Assembly (NCBI GenBank): GCA_043718735.1
Contig: JAYSVC010000032.1
Coordinates: 1-41,161 of the forward strand
Direction of reading: 5' to 3'
DNA: 41,161 nucleotides
Source: a bacterium
GTDB lineage: Bacteria; Patescibacteriota; Minisyncoccia; Phycocordibacterales; UBA5272
In this document: positions 39,416-41,161 of the stretch, one piece after another
Position numbering within the stretch: position 1 is the stretch's first letter
Layout: the number at the start of each line of letters is the position of its first letter
The notes under the pieces: generated by a model
Seen by the model: the letters and a program-made list of their open reading frames with translations, nothing else
The model's database searches: none
Told to the model about the DNA's origin: nothing
Translations under genes and position numbers: made by a program

Positions 39416-40339
39416 TTATTTACCACTTACCATCGCACCACTGCTGATTTCAGCTATTTCTTGGGTTATTGCAGCTTGACGAGCTTTATTAAAATAAGTT
39501 TTTAACTCTTTTAACATGTCACCAGCATTGTCTGTTGCTGTTTTCATAGCTGCCATACGTGCTGCGTGTTCAGCTGCTCTGCCCCTAGTTACACTTCCTA
39601 GTATAATATTTTCTAATAAAACTCTTACAGCATATTCAAAAACTTCGGAAATATTTGGCTCAAAAGTGTATTCTAAATCATCGCTTAGATTTTCTTTACC
39701 AGTCTTCTCTTCATTATTTAAATTACCTTTATTATCAGAAAGAGTATCTTTAGAAAAAGGAAGCATTGTATTCTCGGTAACACTTTGTGTATTTACATTT
39801 GTAAAATCAATGAAGATCAACTTAACTTCTTTGTATTTATTTTCTTTAAATTCTAAAATTATTTTTTTTATTATAACCCTGGCATCAGTTGCTAAAAATT
39901 CTTTTCCAGAAAAAGCAGCTAGTATGTTACCTCCTTCTTTATCTGTACCACTATTAACATCAAACTTTTTTGCTATTTTTTCTCCATATTTACCTATGGT
40001 TATGAATTTTAAGTTACTTTTTTCTAAGGCATAATTTTTATAAATGTATCTGTAAAGGTTAGAGTTATAACCACCACAAAGACCTTTTTGACCAGCAACT
40101 AAAATTATTAAAATATCTTTTATTGCAAGATCATTCTTTTTTGAAGATAATACATGCTTCTCTCTTTGGTCACCTAAAATATTTATAATTCTTTTTGCTT
40201 CAATACCAAAAGATTTATAACCTTCAGCAATACTCACAGCTTTTTTCATCTTAGCAACAGAAACCATCTCCATCGTTCTTGTGATTTTTTTGATACTACC
40301 TGTTGATTTTATTTTACTCTTTATTAATTTAGTATTCAT
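39416..40339 (-). CDS. atpG: ATP synthase F1 gamma subunit
   Basis: KITRTMEMV, GLCGGYN, RMAAM..ATDNA and RQAAITQEI motifs. Confidence 0.96.
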   Translation of the reverse strand: MNTKLIKSKIKSTGSIKKITRTMEMVSVAKMKKAVSIAEGYKSFGIEAKRIINILGDQREKHVLSSKKNDLAIKDILIILVAGQKGLCGGYNSNLYRYIYKNYALEKSNLKFITIGKYGEKIAKKFDVNSGTDKEGGNILAAFSGKEFLATDARVIIKKIILEFKENKYKEVKLIFIDFTNVNTQSVTENTMLPFSKDTLSDNKGNLNNEEKTGKENLSDDLEYTFEPNISEVFEYAVRVLLENIILGSVTRGRAAEHAARMAAMKTATDNAGDMLKELKTYFNKARQAAITQEIAEISSGAMVSGK

Positions 40340-40373
40340 AAATATTACTTACTTATATAAAACTTTATATTTT

Positions 40374-41161
40374 TTATACTTTATATTCGCTTACGAAAAT
40401 ATTTAGAAAATCTTTTAACTCTGCTTCTATTTCTGGTGACCAGTTCTTAGAAAGATTTGCTTCTAAGTCATGATGATATGTGGTTAATTTTGTCTGCATT
40501 TTATTTTCAAAGTCTACTACATTTTTAACTTCCACCTTATCAATAAAACCATTATTAACAGCATAAATAGAAGTTACTTGTTGGCCTACACTCATAGGGT
40601 TACCATTAACTTGTTTTAATATCTCCACCGTTCTTTTTCCACGCTCAATAGTTTCTTTTGTTTTCGGGTCTAGGTCCGAGTCAAATTGAGAAAAACTCTC
40701 AAGTTCACGATACTGAGCCAGAGACAGCTTCATCATACCAGCATTTTTCTTCATTGGTTTTGATTGAGCTGCACCACCCACACGTGATACAGATAATCCG
40801 ACATCAACAGCAGGACGCACACCTTTGTAAAATAATCCAGAATCAGTAAATATCTGCCCGTCAGTAATGGAGATAACATTCGTCGGTATGTATGCTGATA
40901 TGTCACCTGCTTGAGTCTCTATGATTGGTAATGCTGTTATTGACCCACCACCATTTTCAGTATTCAGTCTACAAGCTCTTTCTAGCAATCTTGAATGTAA
41001 ATAAAATACATCTCCTGGATATGCTTCACGTCCTGGTGCACGCTTTAGGAGTAGAGACATCTCACGATAAGCTACGGCATGCTTAGAGAGATCGTCATAA
41101 ATAACTAAAACATCTTTTCCTTGTGCCATAAAATATTCTGCTATCGCTGCTCCAGTATAAG
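40374..41161 (-). CDS. atpA: ATP synthase F1 alpha subunit, partial (5' end outside window)
   Basis: [28 protein letters not shown] and SVSRVG motifs; frame is open to the window end. Confidence 0.97.
   Translation of the reverse strand, partial: YTGAAIAEYFMAQGKDVLVIYDDLSKHAVAYREMSLLLKRAPGREAYPGDVFYLHSRLLERACRLNTENGGGSITALPIIETQAGDISAYIPTNVISITDGQIFTDSGLFYKGVRPAVDVGLSVSRVGGAAQSKPMKKNAGMMKLSLAQYRELESFSQFDSDLDPKTKETIERGKRTVEILKQVNGNPMSVGQQVTSIYAVNNGFIDKVEVKNVVDFENKMQTKLTTYHHDLEANLSKNWSPEIEAELKDFLNIFVSEYKV

Noticed and set aside
1283-40849. Short ORF-track entries antisense to or nested in housekeeping genes (e.g. 3013-3408, 5598-6050, 8482-8925, 9328-9771, 14527-14967, 39516-40034)
   Set aside because: They lie within well-supported genes and have the S/F/L/I-rich composition expected from the reverse complement of K/E-rich codons.
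1-41161. tRNA, rRNA, SRP RNA or riboswitch
   Set aside because: No intergenic stretch showed the expected GC-rich structure or conserved motifs by eye; a covariance-model search would be needed to exclude divergent RNAs.

Overview
A 41 kb, very AT-rich, densely coding chromosomal window in standard code 11. Gene content and order (secG-SBP-RNase J, N-terminally shortened RF2, divergent FtsQ-like gene) suggest Patescibacteria/CPR, which is an inference. The backbone is housekeeping: uvrA, cysS, dus, a pseudouridine synthase, an MFS transporter, two tandem RNase J genes, secG, sufB/sufD-like/sufS, gltX, obg, gatB, scpAB, DD-carboxypeptidase, mraY-ftsW-murG, an M23 peptidase, ftsEX, prfB, atpG and partial atpA. 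I found no rRNA, tRNA, CRISPR array or transposase. The main unexplained pattern is nine orphan genes scattered between housekeeping genes, each built as a self-contained unit. Eight have a TTG-type -35 / 17 bp / TATTAT or TAGTAT promoter, all nine have a Shine-Dalgarno site and eight end in a hairpin terminator, whereas the housekeeping genes checked have no SD and often a TGnTATAAT promoter. Six of the nine form three divergent pairs spaced 193-197 bp apart, and two share a 50-bp promoter/leader repeat with a boxA-like motif. Other points of interest are a catalytically degenerate RNase J paralog next to an intact copy, a LysM-vWA lipoprotein gene broken by a 10-nt duplication, UvrA lacking its insertion domain, a shortened RF2 without the frameshift, and three unannotated small ORFs.
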